The position numbers and the translations under genes are program-made. From the IMG/VR virus record IMGVR_UViG_3300020043_001619, positions 1 to 27,881 of that record: 27,881 bases of DNA, one strand, 5' to 3'. The notes beneath the pieces were generated by a model. That model worked only from the letters and a program-made list of their open reading frames with translations, ran no database searches and had not been told where the DNA came from. Positions 1 to 9,264 of the stretch are shown here, piece by piece (positions within the stretch are counted from its first letter, which is position 1; each line of letters begins with the position of its first letter). The DNA comes from a virus (taxonomy: Duplodnaviria > Caudoviricetes).

Positions 1-119
1 GCTATTGCCCTGTGACTGCATTATAACAATGGAACTCAATAACCACTTCAGGTGTTAGCATCACTGGCTACAATGAGAAGTTTACGGGTCCTGGTGTTGT
101 AGAATGCACAACAAACTAT

Positions 120-656
120 GTGGTTGTTAAAAGCATAACACCACAAAGCAGTTTGGGTGCTGGTGCTGGCGGAACGGTTGGATACTTTAACACTATTCAA
201 GCCCCAGCCGCAGGCACTAATGCCGCCGCAGAAACATACTTGAAAACAGATTGTTCAACAAGGCTAACGGTAACCAGCCCAACTGATCGTGTGTTTGTAA
301 ACGTAACATTAGACAACACACTAAGTTATACTGCCACAGCGGCAACAGACATTCAATATTCGGTATTGGTAAATCGCTACTTGGCCATTAGCAACAACGA
401 CCCAGTCAATCCAGACTTTTTGTATTCGTTTAGTGGCACCGTTGCTGAACGTGTTTATACAGAGTCAGTTGCTATTGGTTCTGGAACATTAGAGTTTAAC
501 ACTATTTTTGGTAGCATCATAGATCAGCCCAGTCCAGCGTACTATTTGTATAGAGTAGATGTGCAGTTCCGTATCGTGGATACAGGTGGAGCCGCACAAA
601 TCGACCGCAGTGAAGTGCGATTACGCAACCTAACTGGTCAGGTAGTAAAACAATAA
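120..656 (+). CDS. Tail-associated virion protein, probably the C-terminal part of a longer gene
   Basis: Thr/Ser/Val-rich beta-type sequence. The frame is open from nt 27, the GTG at 120 has no clear RBS, and the gene precedes the ejection-protein cluster. Confidence 0.55.
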   Translation: MVVKSITPQSSLGAGAGGTVGYFNTIQAPAAGTNAAAETYLKTDCSTRLTVTSPTDRVFVNVTLDNTLSYTATAATDIQYSVLVNRYLAISNNDPVNPDFLYSFSGTVAERVYTESVAIGSGTLEFNTIFGSIIDQPSPAYYLYRVDVQFRIVDTGGAAQIDRSEVRLRNLTGQVVKQ

Positions 657-657
657 A

Positions 658-664
658 CTAAATA
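658..664 (+). promoter_or_regulatory. CTAAATA phage promoter motif
   Basis: Copy of the recurrent intergenic motif, upstream of the 692 gene. Confidence 0.65.
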
Positions 665-691
665 TAAGGAATAAAAAGGCATAGGATAGCA

Positions 692-1078
692 ATGATGAGC
701 ATAGTAGAAATATTACAACGCGACCACGATAGAAATCACAGCGACAGCAAAGACTTCTTGGTTAGCGTAGATGAGATACTTGAAAAAACCGTGGAAGGGT
801 ATAGATTAGCAAGGAAGACAAAGACCGTTATACTACATAGACCAGTAGGCGGATTAGGAGAAGGCATAGAGTTCCATTGTTATAATGCGGGTTCTGGACA
901 AGAGCTTGCCAGTGCGGTATTAGAGTTATTTGAAGAATGTAAGCAGGCTGGAGCAACGTGGGCAATGACACCTTATGAAAATCCTAAAATCAATGAGTTG
1001 TTTATAGCAAACATTCCAGCAGACCGTTTAACAATAGTAAAGACGGAACGGGGCTTTGAAGCCACAACGAGGTTATAA
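692..1078 (+). CDS. Hypothetical protein, possibly GNAT-fold virion assembly factor (P22 gp14-like position)
   Basis: 128-aa ORF with AGGA RBS. Function inferred only from size and its position between tail and ejection genes. Confidence 0.6.
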   Translation: MMSIVEILQRDHDRNHSDSKDFLVSVDEILEKTVEGYRLARKTKTVILHRPVGGLGEGIEFHCYNAGSGQELASAVLELFEECKQAGATWAMTPYENPKINELFIANIPADRLTIVKTERGFEATTRL

Positions 1079-1079
1079 T

Positions 1080-2348
1080 ATGGGATTTGTAAGAAAAATA
1101 GGTAGAGCCATTGATGACAACATCATACAGCCAATAAAGGAAAACCCACTTGGTGCTATTGTATCAGTAGGTGCTATGGCTATGGGTGTGCCTCCAGTAT
1201 GGGCTGGTGCTATGGGCGGTGCCGCAAACGCCGCAGAAAACGGTGGCAACATTCTTGAAGGAGCATTGATTGGTGGCGTAAGTGGTTATGCTGGTGGAGC
1301 GGCTGCTGGTGCCGCAAGTTCAGCAGGAGCAAATGCTGTTCTAACTGGTGCCGCAGGCGGAGCAGCCGCAGGTGCTACTGGTGCCGCACTAACAGGTGGT
1401 GATATTGTTAAAGGTGCTTTAACTGGTGGTGCTATGGGTGGTGCTACTGGATTAGCAAATCAATACTTTAATCCATCCACAGGCAACACAACTTACACAT
1501 ACGACGACGGTTCAACTATCACACGCACTCCTGGTGGAGATGTAGTTGGTAGCACACTAAGCAACGAATACGGATTGGGTGCTCCTGTAGTAGATTTATC
1601 ACCAGGTGCTCCACAAACTCCTACAGCACCAGTTATGAACGCTGATGGCACAATGACTATGCCTAATGGAGACATCGTACATACATTCGACGATGGTAGC
1701 ACATTGACTACTCGTGCTGATGGCACATACACAAGCACACCAGCAACAGATGTTGTAGCCAATATCCCAGGCAGTGATGCTTATGTGGATAACGGTGATG
1801 GCAGTAAGACTTACACATATGATGATGGTTCAACTATTACTATTGAAGCAGATGGAACAAGTAGAGCCACAGACGCAACAGATTTAGGTGTAGGCAGTTA
1901 TACTGGTGGCGATGGAACCAAGACTGATGGCACAGGCGATGGTGGTTGGAAGCCAACTCCTATTACTCCTATCTTCCCAGTTGTAGTTCCAGGAACAAAA
2001 ACAGATGGTGGTGGTCCCAGTGTTCCATCAATAGCAGTTCCATCCACAGGCAACTTGCCAACATTACAAATACCAACAGGATTGAATCCAGGCTTTATGG
2101 CACCTACGCCATTCTATCAAACAACAAGCCCAGTTCAAAGTCAATACTACTGGGGCAGTCATGATTATCAAGCAGGTCCTACGTTTGATGCACAAGCATA
2201 CAACACGGTAGCAGCCGCACCCAAGACGCCATGGGGATTACAAGAGATGGGCGATGTAGCAAGACCACAAGATATAGTGAACTATATCAACTCGCCAGAG
2301 TATCAAGCACAATTTGTGTCAGCACCAGCTGTGCCAGGCAGGGTATAA
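1080..2348 (+). CDS. Putative internal virion/DNA ejection protein with glycine-zipper N-terminus and TYTYDDGST repeats
   Basis: ATG at 1080 directly follows the previous stop (GAGG upstream). Hydrophobic G/A-rich N-terminal region (GGAAAGAASSAG), three DDGST repeats, Pro/Gly-rich linker. Confidence 0.65.
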   Translation: MGFVRKIGRAIDDNIIQPIKENPLGAIVSVGAMAMGVPPVWAGAMGGAANAAENGGNILEGALIGGVSGYAGGAAAGAASSAGANAVLTGAAGGAAAGATGAALTGGDIVKGALTGGAMGGATGLANQYFNPSTGNTTYTYDDGSTITRTPGGDVVGSTLSNEYGLGAPVVDLSPGAPQTPTAPVMNADGTMTMPNGDIVHTFDDGSTLTTRADGTYTSTPATDVVANIPGSDAYVDNGDGSKTYTYDDGSTITIEADGTSRATDATDLGVGSYTGGDGTKTDGTGDGGWKPTPITPIFPVVVPGTKTDGGGPSVPSIAVPSTGNLPTLQIPTGLNPGFMAPTPFYQTTSPVQSQYYWGSHDYQAGPTFDAQAYNTVAAAPKTPWGLQEMGDVARPQDIVNYINSPEYQAQFVSAPAVPGRV

Positions 2349-2355
2349 CATCATG

Positions 2356-2362
2356 CTAAATA
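2356..2362 (+). promoter_or_regulatory. CTAAATA phage promoter motif
   Basis: Intergenic, followed by TAAGGA RBS and ATG at 2382. Confidence 0.7.
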
Positions 2363-2381
2363 TCACAATAAGGAAAACAAT

Positions 2382-3107
2382 ATGAGTTTCGGAAAAAGTT
2401 CAGGCTCTTCAGCCCCAGTTGTAACACCAGAACAAAAAGCCGCCATTGCGGCACAAACAAACTTGCTAACAGGCACTATTATTCCTGCTTATCAGCAAGC
2501 AACCACTGGTGCTACAAACGTTTATAATGCAGGTGCTGGTGGCGTATTAAATGCCGCACAGAATCAAGCAGGTATGGCACGCCAAGCACAAGATGTATTA
2601 GGTAGCACAGGCGAGTCAGCATTACGCACAGGTATTAGTGGCCTACAACAAGTATTTGACCCCAAGTATATGGAGCAACAGATTGGTGCCGCACTGGGTC
2701 CAGCACAAGCACAATACTTGCAAAACGCAGAACTACAAAATCGTGCGTTAGCAGGGTCAGGCAACTTGGGTAGTGCTCGAGCCGCATTAGCAGAACGTGC
2801 TTTAGCAAGTTCTAATCAAGGACAGCAACAACAACTTGCCGCTCAAGTTGCTAATAACATTATGGGACAACGCTTACAAGCCGCAAACCAGTTAGCAAGT
2901 TATGGTCAAGGTGGCATTGGACAAGCATTAGGAGCCGCAGGCAACGCAGTTACAGCCTCTATGGCACCGCAAGCATTATACAATCAATATGCGAGTGTAT
3001 TGTTTGGAACACCAGCCGCAAGTTATAGCCCAGACTTCCGCGGAACGCAAGGCACTAACACTACAGGCTACAAAGCAGGTGTTGACTTCAAAGGCATTAG
3101 CTTCTAA
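2382..3107 (+). CDS. Putative DNA ejection (pilot) protein
   Basis: MSFGKSSGSS N-terminus, Q/A/G-rich helical sequence and AGSGNLGSAR segment typical of podovirus internal proteins. Strong RBS. Confidence 0.65.
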   Translation: MSFGKSSGSSAPVVTPEQKAAIAAQTNLLTGTIIPAYQQATTGATNVYNAGAGGVLNAAQNQAGMARQAQDVLGSTGESALRTGISGLQQVFDPKYMEQQIGAALGPAQAQYLQNAELQNRALAGSGNLGSARAALAERALASSNQGQQQQLAAQVANNIMGQRLQAANQLASYGQGGIGQALGAAGNAVTASMAPQALYNQYASVLFGTPAASYSPDFRGTQGTNTTGYKAGVDFKGISF

Positions 3108-3118
3108 GGAACAACAAT

Positions 3119-5842
3119 ATGGCAGCACAATATGACGCATTTGGAACTTATCTTGGTGATTACGAAACTGAAGAAGAACGTAAGAAGCGAGAAGAGTTAG
3201 CAAACACAACGGTCCATACGCAGGAAATCAAAACCTACGGCGATGGCACACAAGAACGCATTACAAAAGAAGAAATACCAGGAGCGATTGCTCCTAAGAC
3301 GGTATTGACTCCAGCAGGTCCTGTAGCACCTTCTGATCCAATATATCAAAACCAACTACAAGCAGAGTCAGGCAACAGACAAACTGACCCACGCACTGGA
3401 CAAGTTATTACAAGTCCTAAAGGTGCTATGGGCATTGCCCAGATTATGCCATCTACAGCAATGAGTCCAGGTTATGGTGTCCCAGATATCTTTACACTGG
3501 CACAACAACGTGGCATTGAAGTGCCTAATCGTAGTCAAGCAACAGCACAACAACTATTATCAAACAAAGAACTAAATCAAGAGTTTGGCCAACTATATTC
3601 AAACGCTATGCGTCAGCGTTTTGGCGACCAGGCAGGTGTTGCAGCCTATAACGCAGGTCCTGGTGCTGTTGAAAGAAACATGAATCGCAACCAAGGCCAG
3701 TTTAATGTAGCACAAGCACCACAAGAAACACAAGGTTATCTAAACAAGGTAATGCGTGGTGTTGGCAACGCTGTTAGTGCAGTTATTCCATCAGCACAAG
3801 CCGCACCCGCACCAAACTTTGCAAGACCACAAGCATATCCAGAACCAGGTGTAGCAGTTGCTACTGGTCGTGGCGTCCAAGGCACAACTTCTTTACCTCC
3901 AGTGGCTCCAGCAGTTCCTGAAGCGACTCCTGCCCCAGCCACTCCTGCTCCAGTCATCCCTGGACAAGCAAACATTCAAGTCGATGAACAAGGCAACAAA
4001 CTAATCACTAACCCAGATGGTACTACTACCGTGTTGGGTCCAGATAACAAGCCATTAGTCGCAGGCGGTATGGTTCCACAAGACACAGCCGCATTTAAGA
4101 ACAGATTGTTTGAAGAAGCAGGCAACGATCCATTCAAGTGGATGGAGATTAGTAAGAATCCAGAGTATGCTCAGTTCACTGGCATGCAAGCAATCGCCAA
4201 ACAACAAGCAAGAAACTTATTAGAACAAGAATTTAAAGCAGATGCCGCAACTAAACAAGTTGAAGCAACCGTGGCAGCCGCAACAGCAGGCGATCCTAAA
4301 GCAAGTCGTGCTATTGCTGATGAACTAAAGAAACAAGAAGGCTCTTGGGCTAAGATGATTTTGCTTGGCTTCCTAAGCCCACAACTTGCTGGTGAAGAAG
4401 CAATCAAGTTAGGCTACGGCAACAAATGGACAAGCGTAACTGATGACAAAGGCCAAACAGCATTGATTCAAGTAAATGCAAGAGGCTTACCAATCAGTGG
4501 TATCACAGCAGATAATCAACCATTGAGTCAAGAAGAAGTAGCACGTTTTGCTTCTGGTGCCAGTGGTAGTAGAGCTTCTACTAAACCAGATGCTGGTGCA
4601 ATATATGAACAGCGTGATGCAAGTGGTAATATCGTTGCCAAAGGCAGACTTATCACTGAATATAAAAACAACAAAGCAAATACCTATATTGATTTAGGCG
4701 GTGGCAAGCGAGCAGACTTTAATCAGAACTGGACTCCAGAAAGCATTAGCACAGCAGGTGCCAAAGCAGAACAAGCGGCTGGTGTTAAATTAAAATACGC
4801 AGGTCCTACATCGTACACTGAAGCAGGTGCTAAGGCCGCTGGCGAACACAACTTCAAGTATGGCACAAACATTGGCTATGCTACACAACAGCCTGGTGCT
4901 CCATTAGTTGATTTGAACACTGGTCGAGTAATCAAGCCAGATGCTAATGGTGTTATCACAGCAACACAAACTGGAACTCCAGGTGCCGCTCCAGTGGTAG
5001 GTGGTGCTCCAGCAGGTCAAACTCCAGCACAAATGGAAACAGCAACTAAAGTAGGTGCTGCCGCACAAACGCAGTTCCAAGAAAAGACCGTTCCAGCACT
5101 AATGGAGTCTGGTGCTAATGGTCGAGATGTTGCAGGTATCCGCAGACAACAACTTGCTATTATCAATAGCAATCCAAGTATCCTGGGCATTTACAATGGC
5201 ACAGGCACAAACTATGACCGTGCTCGCAATACACTAACAAAGTTATTGACAGGTGAGTATGGCACAGAAAACTCAGGTGAGTTCTACAAAGACATTAAAG
5301 ACTTAGGCTTAAAAGAAGGCGAACGTGCGGCATTAGAACAGATCCTAAACTTAAACATGGGTATCAACCAGAAGACATTACGTGCTAACGCAGGTCCTGG
5401 TGCTGTATCTAACATCGAACAGAAGATCAACGCCAACTCTAACTTGTCTAACTTGGCACAAACTACTCCACTTGGTGCTTTACAAACAATGTATGGTAGC
5501 AAGTTTAACAATGATTTGGCACACGCTAAGAGTGTATTTGCACAAAACCGTCCTGATCTAAACACAGATTTAACATTCAATCGTGAGTGGGATAAAGAAC
5601 AAACTAAGTGGATGAAAGCATACGAAGGTATCGCTGAAGCTCGTGCAGAGTTCTTGAAGCCATTCCGCCCACCAGCAGGTGCTACGGCTGAACAACTGAA
5701 TGCGTTCAAGGATAAAACATATAAAGCATTTGAAATGTATCCAGCCCCTACATTTGATCCAAGTGCTCCTCCTGGCAAGCAATGGAGTTATGTAACTTCC
5801 AACGCTGAAAAGGCTGCGGCCAGAAAACTATTAGGAAGATAA
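3119..5842 (+). CDS. Large internal virion/ejection protein with lytic transglycosylase (SLT) domain
   Basis: SLT motifs QAESG, SPKGAMGIAQIMPST and AAYNAGPG at about aa 80-185. 907 aa, TAAGGA RBS. Confidence 0.85.
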   Translation: MAAQYDAFGTYLGDYETEEERKKREELANTTVHTQEIKTYGDGTQERITKEEIPGAIAPKTVLTPAGPVAPSDPIYQNQLQAESGNRQTDPRTGQVITSPKGAMGIAQIMPSTAMSPGYGVPDIFTLAQQRGIEVPNRSQATAQQLLSNKELNQEFGQLYSNAMRQRFGDQAGVAAYNAGPGAVERNMNRNQGQFNVAQAPQETQGYLNKVMRGVGNAVSAVIPSAQAAPAPNFARPQAYPEPGVAVATGRGVQGTTSLPPVAPAVPEATPAPATPAPVIPGQANIQVDEQGNKLITNPDGTTTVLGPDNKPLVAGGMVPQDTAAFKNRLFEEAGNDPFKWMEISKNPEYAQFTGMQAIAKQQARNLLEQEFKADAATKQVEATVAAATAGDPKASRAIADELKKQEGSWAKMILLGFLSPQLAGEEAIKLGYGNKWTSVTDDKGQTALIQVNARGLPISGITADNQPLSQEEVARFASGASGSRASTKPDAGAIYEQRDASGNIVAKGRLITEYKNNKANTYIDLGGGKRADFNQNWTPESISTAGAKAEQAAGVKLKYAGPTSYTEAGAKAAGEHNFKYGTNIGYATQQPGAPLVDLNTGRVIKPDANGVITATQTGTPGAAPVVGGAPAGQTPAQMETATKVGAAAQTQFQEKTVPALMESGANGRDVAGIRRQQLAIINSNPSILGIYNGTGTNYDRARNTLTKLLTGEYGTENSGEFYKDIKDLGLKEGERAALEQILNLNMGINQKTLRANAGPGAVSNIEQKINANSNLSNLAQTTPLGALQTMYGSKFNNDLAHAKSVFAQNRPDLNTDLTFNREWDKEQTKWMKAYEGIAEARAEFLKPFRPPAGATAEQLNAFKDKTYKAFEMYPAPTFDPSAPPGKQWSYVTSNAEKAAARKLLGR

Positions 5843-5843
5843 T

Positions 5844-6683
5844 ATGACAGAAGCAGAAGTTCAAAAACTACGAGACGCTGGCATTAGTGATGCTATCATC
5901 ATGGAGATGCAAAGCGAAGAAGCAAGTAAAAAAGGACAAGCAGGTCCAGCAGTTCAATCCGCTTCTGAACTGCCTACTATAGATCCTAACACGCCAAGTC
6001 AAGTATTCCAACAAGCACAAGAGGCTGGAGTTCCTACAACTGGCGGCGAACAAACTTGGACACAAACTGCAATGGAACTTGCTCCAGCAGTTGGTAGTGC
6101 TGTAGCAACAGCGGCTCCATATGCCGCAGGTGCCGCAGGCTTATATGGTGGTGGTAAGTTGGTAAGTGCCGCAAGTAAAGCCGCTGAAGCTTATAAGACT
6201 GGTGTTGCTACACAAGCAGGTGCAGAAATGTCAAAAGCCGCAACACACGCGGCTACGCAAGAAATGAAAGTGCTACAACAAGTTGCTCAACAACAAGGTC
6301 CGCACGGTGATGCCGCAAGACAAAGATTAGCACAACTAATCCAACAGCGTGGTGCCGCAGTTCCAACTGGTGCTCCTACAGCCGCTCCTGTTGCTCCTAC
6401 AGCCGCTCCTGTTGCTCCTACAGCCGCTCCACAACAACCAAGTATTATTCAACGTGGTATGGATATGGCAAGTAAGATGCGTCAGTTTGCCGCACAGCGT
6501 GTTATGCCTGTTGCTGTTCCTGGTGCAGTAGCCGCAGGTGGTGCTGCCGCAACTGGTTTTGCTGCCAATCAACTTGCTAATATGACTCCAGAACAACGCA
6601 AAGCGTACTATGATAGTATGATGATGGGTGCTATGAGTGGTGATACAGGTTTGGCAGCCGCTATTATGAATGCGGGACAATAA
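5844..6683 (+). CDS. Putative internal virion/ejection protein
   Basis: A/Q/G-rich 279 aa with hydrophobic G/A segments, starting 1 nt after the SLT protein stop. Confidence 0.6.
   Translation: MTEAEVQKLRDAGISDAIIMEMQSEEASKKGQAGPAVQSASELPTIDPNTPSQVFQQAQEAGVPTTGGEQTWTQTAMELAPAVGSAVATAAPYAAGAAGLYGGGKLVSAASKAAEAYKTGVATQAGAEMSKAATHAATQEMKVLQQVAQQQGPHGDAARQRLAQLIQQRGAAVPTGAPTAAPVAPTAAPVAPTAAPQQPSIIQRGMDMASKMRQFAAQRVMPVAVPGAVAAGGAAATGFAANQLANMTPEQRKAYYDSMMMGAMSGDTGLAAAIMNAGQ
6371..6430 (+). repeat. 21-bp in-frame tandem repeat (TGCTCCTACAGCCGCTCCTGT x ~2.9) encoding APTAAPV
   Basis: Perfect direct repeats read from the sequence. Confidence 0.9.
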
Positions 6684-6684
6684 T

Positions 6685-7116
6685 ATGAAAACAGCAGAAC
6701 AACTAACACAAGTCTTTAATGACAACTTTGTAGCATACTTTCGTAGTCATGCCGCACACGTGAACATTATAGGACGCAACTTTACAAGCGACCACACTTT
6801 GCTTGGCGGAATATACGAAGACTTACAAGATCAGATTGATATCATTGGTGAGTTATTGCGTAGCATTGGCGAGTATATGCCTTGCGACATATTCGACATA
6901 TTAGATGATAGTGAAGTAAAACCAAGTCGCATTGAAGGTTCAGCAGATGAGTTGTTAGAATCTGTATTAGGCGATTTAGAAACACTAAAAGGTTGCTATG
7001 AAGAACTGATTGCAATAGCAGAAGTAGATGGTCATAAAGAAATAGCCAACTACGCACAAGATCGTGTATTGGCTATTGCTAAAAACATTTGGATGTTAAA
7101 ATCTACCTTAGGCTAA
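6685..7116 (+). CDS. dps: Dps/ferritin-like DNA protection protein
   Basis: Ferroxidase-type signature HAAHVNIIGRNFTSDH...YEDLQDQIDIIGELLR and C-terminal KNIWMLKS. ATG at 6685 follows the previous stop. Confidence 0.85.
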   Translation: MKTAEQLTQVFNDNFVAYFRSHAAHVNIIGRNFTSDHTLLGGIYEDLQDQIDIIGELLRSIGEYMPCDIFDILDDSEVKPSRIEGSADELLESVLGDLETLKGCYEELIAIAEVDGHKEIANYAQDRVLAIAKNIWMLKSTLG

Positions 7117-7196
7117 GCGGCCCTGAGTGCTATCAAGAACTGGAATGATTTTGCCGCTTTCTAATCCAGGCATCAACGAATTGGCAGGCGAGTTTG

Positions 7197-7688
7197 TTAG
7201 GCACTCAACTTTTTGTAAGCGTAAGAACCACGGACATCATATCCGTTTCTTGCGTGTAGTTTTAGAAATGCATCTTGATCTTTACGCATAGTCGTTGAAC
7301 AGATGATTGGAGTATTGGTTGAACGAGCAAATTGTTCCCATATAGTCATCATATCAGAGATTAGCCGTAAGCGATCACGAGCACTTAAACAGAGATCAAC
7401 GTGAGCCATGCGTATCACTACCATGCTGTCATCACTCCAGGCTGCTCGCTCGTTTGACTTTGCCCAAGTATATGCTACAAGTTTGCCAGAGGCATCCCGA
7501 GCAATATAAAGAAGTTCTGAACCAGGAAGATAAAACTGGTTGACGACGGCAAAGGTGATGTTGCGGCTGTATGCAACTGGATCTGGTTTGAAGACGGTGT
7601 CTATTTCTGTTTGAAAATGACTTTCTGCCATTTGAACTATTTCTGGAACATCGTTCCCCGCGGCAGGAGTCCATGAGTATTGTATCAT
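7197..7688 (-). CDS. Putative GNAT-fold acetyltransferase-like protein
   Basis: AAAGGA RBS. GNAT-like pattern (DVPEIVQMA; LYIARDASGKLVAY; AFLKLHARNGY). Only convincing minus-strand gene. Confidence 0.65.
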   Translation of the reverse strand: MIQYSWTPAAGNDVPEIVQMAESHFQTEIDTVFKPDPVAYSRNITFAVVNQFYLPGSELLYIARDASGKLVAYTWAKSNERAAWSDDSMVVIRMAHVDLCLSARDRLRLISDMMTIWEQFARSTNTPIICSTTMRKDQDAFLKLHARNGYDVRGSYAYKKLSA

Positions 7689-7711
7689 TGCTATTCCTTT
7701 CTATGATACGG

Positions 7712-7718
7712 TATTTAA
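7712..7718 (-). promoter_or_regulatory. TTAAATA variant of the phage promoter motif
   Basis: Minus strand reads GCTTAAATAC upstream of the RBS and ATG of the 7688 gene. Confidence 0.5.
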
Positions 7719-7737
7719 GCAGAGTTTAACCAAGGTG

Positions 7738-7744
7738 CTAAATA
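7738..7744 (+). promoter_or_regulatory. CTAAATA promoter, predicted leaderless transcript
   Basis: ATG at 7750 lies 6 nt after the last A, with no RBS between. Confidence 0.7.
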
Positions 7745-7749
7745 ATAGT

Positions 7750-8106
7750 ATGGAAAAGAACACAAAAACGGAAAAGAAAACCAAAGGCAAGTTGGGTGGT
7801 GCCCGCCCTGGTGCTGGTCGCCCTAAAGGCACTACAAACAAACTGACAGCACAGCAGATACTTGAAGCGGCTGAAAACATGTTAGGTAAGCCCTTTATTG
7901 TAAGTCTTATGGAAGGCTACATTGACACAATAAACACAGGTGATACACGCAATCGTGTAACATACGAAAAGATTATTTTAGATAAGACTGCTACTACTTT
8001 AGTTGAAGCAGAAATAACTGATAGTAAAGATGCTATCGCACAAAAACAAGCGGCATTTGCGGAAGCACTGGCCAAGCTTGTTGGCGTAGATCCAGAAACT
8101 AAATAA
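7750..8106 (+). CDS. terS: Terminase small subunit (putative)
   Basis: GGARPGAGRPKGTTNKLT N-terminal motif common in TerS-like proteins. About 118 aa, upstream of TerL. Confidence 0.65.
   Translation: MEKNTKTEKKTKGKLGGARPGAGRPKGTTNKLTAQQILEAAENMLGKPFIVSLMEGYIDTINTGDTRNRVTYEKIILDKTATTLVEAEITDSKDAIAQKQAAFAEALAKLVGVDPETK
8099..8105 (+). promoter_or_regulatory. CTAAATA promoter, predicted leaderless transcript
   Basis: ATG at 8111 lies 6 nt after the motif. Confidence 0.65.
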
Positions 8107-8110
8107 CAAT

Positions 8111-8260
8111 ATGCCACTAATGAAATCAACAAGCAAAAAGGCATTCAATAAGAATGTCGCCGCAGAAGTTAAAGCAGGAAGACCTGTTAAACAAGCAGTG
8201 GCTATAGCGTACTCAACTAAACGCGAAGCGGCTAAGAAATCAAAAGGAAAATCAAAATGA
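8111..8260 (+). CDS. Small basic protein, 49 aa (not in ORF track)
   Basis: Hand translation MPLMKSTSKKAFNKNVAAEVKAGRPVKQAVAIAYSTKREAAKKSKGKSK. The KQAVAIA motif is recognisable from small phage proteins. ATGA overlap with the next gene. Confidence 0.8.
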   Translation: MPLMKSTSKKAFNKNVAAEVKAGRPVKQAVAIAYSTKREAAKKSKGKSK

Positions 8261-8592
8261 AAGAAGCAAGAGACCAAAAAGCAACCGCTGGGTTTAATGC
8301 AGCCACTGGCACTTCAAGTCCTGGCTTCAGCCGCGGAACAAGCAAGTATAGTGGCAATCAGCACACTAAAACAAATCCAGACGCAATGATCAATAAAGGA
8401 CGCGGTCCTACAGGTGGCGGAACAGCCGTGCCTGATCGTGGTCAAGAAACATTTAGAGGCAAACCACAACAGCGTCAAGCAGTTGGTGATGGTGCCACTC
8501 GTGCATTTGCTCCAAGTGCAGGACAAAACTACAAAGGCAACGCAGACAAGATCAACGTAGGTCGTGGCCCAACTAAAGGAAATCAACTATAA
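8257..8592 (+). CDS. Hypothetical basic Gly-rich disordered protein
   Basis: AAGGA RBS, coupled on both sides, two INxxRGPT motifs. Confidence 0.75.
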   Translation: MKEARDQKATAGFNAATGTSSPGFSRGTSKYSGNQHTKTNPDAMINKGRGPTGGGTAVPDRGQETFRGKPQQRQAVGDGATRAFAPSAGQNYKGNADKINVGRGPTKGNQL

Positions 8593-8954
8593 TGACAACG
8601 CCATACATTGTAGCAGGAGCCACGGTCGCTCTAACAGCCACAGCAACTTCAAGTGGCAGTAGCATTACTCCAGCGGCAGCCAATCTTGGTTTAGATGGTG
8701 CCAATGGTCCCGCATACTTAAAAGTAACTAACACCAGTGCTACAGAACCAGTGTTCTTTAGAACAGGCACAACTGCTCCTACAGCAGTAGTTCCAGTAAC
8801 AGCAACCAACACAGGTAGCAACTGCATTGGTCCAGGCCAAACAGAACTTATTAAAGTGAATGCCGCTGGCCAGGCTCCAGTAGAAATCTTTTTTGCTGTA
8901 GTTGCCGCAAGTTCGACGGCAGTATATGTTACTCCAGTAACATTGGCAGGATAA
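8592..8954 (+). CDS. Hypothetical beta-rich protein, possible virion decoration protein
   Basis: TAATG coupling. A/T/V-rich 120 aa with a beta-sandwich-like pattern. Confidence 0.65.
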   Translation: MTTPYIVAGATVALTATATSSGSSITPAAANLGLDGANGPAYLKVTNTSATEPVFFRTGTTAPTAVVPVTATNTGSNCIGPGQTELIKVNAAGQAPVEIFFAVVAASSTAVYVTPVTLAG

Positions 8955-8967
8955 TAAGGAAAACAAA

Positions 8968-9252
8968 ATGAGTTCAAATCCACAAGGCGGTAAAGCCATA
9001 AATCAAAAACGCGGTCCTACTACAGGCAACGCAGGTAGCATGACAAAACGTAATGCGTTCATGGATGCCAAATCAGCAAGTTCAAGTGAGAAAGCCACAT
9101 TAGCTAATATGGTTACGTCAGCACTTGAAATGCGTGGTCGCGGTCAGGCTGGCACAACTAATCCAGCACTTGAAGGCTTACACAGCAATACAGGTCCCAA
9201 GACTAATCCAACTGCTAACGGAAGCAAGTTGCCAAGCAAATATAAGAAGTAA
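8968..9252 (+). CDS. Hypothetical basic disordered protein
   Basis: TAAGGA RBS, contains INQKRGPTTGN. Confidence 0.75.
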   Translation: MSSNPQGGKAINQKRGPTTGNAGSMTKRNAFMDAKSASSSEKATLANMVTSALEMRGRGQAGTTNPALEGLHSNTGPKTNPTANGSKLPSKYKK

Positions 9253-9264
9253 GAGGAACACATT

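Noticed and set aside
1-119. Stops in all + frames near the window start, suggesting recoding or a pseudogene
   Set aside because: Too little context. It could be edge sequence error, and genes elsewhere end normally at TAA/TGA/TAG, so there is no support for an alternative genetic code.
6371-6430. 21-bp repeats as a possible CRISPR array
   Set aside because: No spacers; they are contiguous in-frame coding repeats.
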